Part shown: positions 44,832 through 46,841 of the stretch, piece by piece
How the letters are laid out: every line of letters starts with the position of its first letter
Numbering within the stretch: the first letter of the stretch is position 1
Source of the DNA: Nitrosomonadales bacterium
GTDB taxonomy: Bacteria; Pseudomonadota; Gammaproteobacteria; Burkholderiales; SG8-41
DNA length: 46,841 bases
Assembly (NCBI GenBank): GCA_043777275.1
Contig: JAYVQD010000516.1
Coordinates: 1 to 46,841, forward strand
Direction: 5' to 3'
Notes under the pieces: model-generated
What the model was told of the DNA's origin: nothing
Database searches by the model: none
What the model saw: the letters and a program-made list of their open reading frames with translations, nothing else
Made by a program: the position numbers and the translations under genes

Positions 44832-45347
44832 GTGAGCATTCATGAGCGGCCTGACTGTGTTGCCACCCGCGAGCGTTACGGCGATTGGGAAGGCGACACG
44901 GTCGAAGGACACAAAGGTAGCGGTCACATCGCCACGCACGTGGAACGCAAGAGCCGCTACCTGATTGCCGCAAAACTTACAGACAAGTCCGCCGCAGTGA
45001 CTGCAAAATCCGTGACTGGCGCTTACCAGCGCATCCCAAAAGCCATGCGCAAGACCTTGACGCTGGACAATGGGAAAGAATTCGCACGCTTTAAGCAGAT
45101 TGAGCGCGATACCGGCTTGAAAGTCTATTTCGCCGACCCGTATGCGGCTTGGCAGCGCGGCGTCAACGAGAACACGAATGGTCTATTGCGCAGATACTTC
45201 CCAAAAGGTGCTGACTTCACCCACATCACCGATGAATCACTTGCGCAGGTCGTCAATAAGCTGAATCATAGACCTCGAAAGTGCCTCAACTATCAGACGC
45301 TACATGAAGTCTTTTCAGCCGCCAAGCGTGGTGCACTTGGATTGTGA
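44832..45347 (+). mobile_element. IS30-family transposase remnant (DDE catalytic half only)
   Basis: SIHERPDCVATRERYGDWEGDTV...LTLDNGKEF...YFADPYAAWQRGVNENTNGLLRRYFPKG is the IS30 rve core. The ~150-aa N-terminal HTH part is missing and no inverted repeats were identified. Confidence 0.75.
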
Positions 45348-45456
45348 ATTCACCGTCCACCTGGAATTTGGGATTCGTGTGATTTGCCGGCATCGGGCCG
45401 GCAGCACTGCGGCCCTGTATGCGTGGTTTCATGACGGGGGCTTTTCGCAGGCACGA

Positions 45457-45816
45457 TTAAGCGGCGGCGCCACGTGAGCGCCATGCCACGATAAGGCCCG
45501 CCACCAGTCCTGCAATAAGCAGCGCGTGCAATACGATGTCGAACACGGTTCGGTCGATCCCGATCACGATCATGAAAACGCCGACCGACGTGCCGAGCAG
45601 CGCGAAACCTTCGACACAAAGCGCGATGTTACGGATCGATGCCGGCCATAATAAGGTCGCGATGAATCCCAGGGCCAACACCGGTGCGATGATACTTTCG
45701 GCGGTAGCGGCTTTGTGATGCTCGTATCCACTGATCAACACGCCGGCGTGGATCAGAGTGGCCAGCCCGAACGCTACGGTCGCCACAGTGAGGATGACGC
45801 GAACCACGCTGTTCAT
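45457..45816 (-). CDS. Hypothetical 4-TM membrane protein
   Basis: 119 aa with four hydrophobic segments. No recognisable family. Confidence 0.4.
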   Translation of the reverse strand: MNSVVRVILTVATVAFGLATLIHAGVLISGYEHHKAATAESIIAPVLALGFIATLLWPASIRNIALCVEGFALLGTSVGVFMIVIGIDRTVFDIVLHALLIAGLVAGLIVAWRSRGAAA

Positions 45817-45831
45817 AATGATCTACCTCCG

Positions 45832-46188
45832 TCACAGCGAGCGACCATCGAAGTGCTTCGACGGCAACGCACGCGGGTCGACGCCCTCAATGCAGTTGAC
45901 GTTGACCGCCACAGTCTGAGTGCCATCGGGCTTGGTTCCGAACGCGAACGGCTCGATGCCGCAGACCTTGCAGAATTTGTGGCGGACGACCCGCTTGTTG
46001 AATGTGTAATCCGTCAAGTTCGCCTCGCCGGAAAGAAGCTTGAAGCCGCTTGGCGGAGCGAAGGCGAGTACCACGCCCAGGCGCTGGCACCTGGAACAGT
46101 TGCAGGTAAGCGTCTGGTCGAAATCGATATCCGCTTCGAAGGTGACGGTGCCGCAATGGCAGCTTCCTTTACGACGTTGGATCGCCAT
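45832..46188 (-). CDS. GFA-family (glutathione-dependent formaldehyde-activating / CENP-V-like) protein
   Basis: Zinc-binding Cys pattern CHCG...CNCSRC...FCKVCG. Confidence 0.8.
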   Translation of the reverse strand: MAIQRRKGSCHCGTVTFEADIDFDQTLTCNCSRCQRLGVVLAFAPPSGFKLLSGEANLTDYTFNKRVVRHKFCKVCGIEPFAFGTKPDGTQTVAVNVNCIEGVDPRALPSKHFDGRSL

Positions 46189-46203
46189 CTTATTGGTCTC
46201 CTA

Positions 46204-46626
46204 TCAGAACGATTTTTGATCGGTCGCTGCGCCCGGGCTGTGGCACACGGCCTCGATATTGTGGCCATCCGGATCAAGCACGAAGGCCGCGTAATAGTTC
46301 GGATGGTATTTCGCGCGGATGCCAGGCGCGCCGTTGTCGCGGCCTCCGGCGGCGAGCGCGGCAGCATGAAACGCATCCACCGCGCTCCGCTCGCGCGCCT
46401 CGAAGGCCACATGCAATGCAGGCCCCGTTTTGCCTTCACCGGCAATCCAAAAGTCAGGATTGCCATTGGCACCGGCGCTGAAGCCGCAAGCTGCCATGTC
46501 GCCTCCTGAGCCGGGTATCTCCATCCTCACGACATATCCCAATGGCGCGAGCGCCTGTTCGTAAAAGGTTTTTGTCCGTCGATAGTCGGCGGCGGACAAC
46601 CCGATGTGATCGATCATGCCAGGCAT
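46204..46626 (-). CDS. VOC (glyoxalase/bleomycin-resistance/dioxygenase) family protein
   Basis: MIDHIGLSAADYRRTKTFYEQAL...HVAFEA...NIEAV. Start is at 46626 or at 46617; the latter makes an ATGA overlap with the upstream fragment's stop. Confidence 0.75.
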   Translation of the reverse strand: MPGMIDHIGLSAADYRRTKTFYEQALAPLGYVVRMEIPGSGGDMAACGFSAGANGNPDFWIAGEGKTGPALHVAFEARERSAVDAFHAAALAAGGRDNGAPGIRAKYHPNYYAAFVLDPDGHNIEAVCHSPGAATDQKSF

Positions 46627-46760
46627 TCCTTGAGTGGCGGAGCAATATCGTTTGAGTTGGGCGTCCATGGATCGTAGGTGCCGAAGTTCCACAAATGCCC
46701 CTCCAGGTCCCGACAACTAAAACCGCGACCGCCATAGTCTTCGACTTTACTCAGCAGTCG
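46614..46760 (-). pseudogene. C-terminal fragment of a second VOC-family gene
   Basis: Hand translation of the minus strand: RLLSKVEDYGGRGFSCRDLEGHLWNFGTYDPWTPNSNDIAPPLKECLA*. The DYGGRGF..RDLEGHLW.FGTY.PW block is a typical VOC C-terminus. An in-frame TAG at 46761-46763 leaves no start or N-terminal half. Confidence 0.45.
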
Positions 46761-46841
46761 CTAACATAGGCGACAGAAGGAGCTTTGAAGAATGAGCGGA
46801 CAAGGTGTGGCATTTGCTGGAGCTTCGCGAGCTGCGCCTCG

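Noticed and set aside
46792-46841. A + strand ATG preceded by AAGGAG at the window edge (MSGQGVAFAGASRAAP...).
   Set aside because: Only 16 codons are visible, so neither family nor reality can be judged. It is mentioned in a finding but not listed as a feature.
1-46841. Scan for CRISPR arrays, tRNA or rRNA genes, and integrase/att sites.
   Set aside because: No regularly spaced direct repeats, no cloverleaf-like or rRNA-like segments, and no integrase ORF were seen. The non-coding gaps are all short (under 300 nt).

Overview
This is a GC-rich, gene-dense chromosomal window with about 55 genes. It looks betaproteobacterial, probably Burkholderiales-like, judging from four orphan Bug/TctC-type periplasmic binding proteins. 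All calls come from reading the ORF translations and DNA by eye; no searches were run. Core content: an assimilatory sulfate-reduction block (DUF934 fragment, cobA, cysH, cysD, cysN, TauE-type permease, and a CbiX-type chelatase a few genes on); mpl; a PhoX phosphatase; B12-dependent methionine synthase metH, translationally coupled to a CPBP protease and a PhyH dioxygenase; a VIT1 transporter and a Bcr/CflA MFS pump; fumarylacetoacetase; and a complete ccmABCDEFGHI cytochrome c maturation operon on the minus strand. Accessory patches: a visibly lower-GC islet (about 9.3-11.2 kb) carrying a truncated AAA/OLD-like ATPase fragment convergent with a 372-aa HNH-domain protein of unknown architecture; a mazEF-type toxin-antitoxin pair beside a bacterial RIO kinase; a LysR remnant; and an IS30 transposase remnant followed by small detoxification-type genes (GFA, VOC, VOC fragment). 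The strongest signal the genes do not explain is a 17-nt AT-rich word, TAAGTATTTGTTTTTAA. It occurs nine times (five perfect copies), always at gene boundaries and in both orientations. Some copies supply stop codons, some sit just before Shine-Dalgarno sequences, and two are translated as the N-termini of CbiX and CcmH. Other notable items are a cytochrome P460 domain fused to a type-1 copper cupredoxin, and several GC-rich REP-like palindromes, two of them inside ccm operon spacers. No rRNA, tRNA or CRISPR array was seen.
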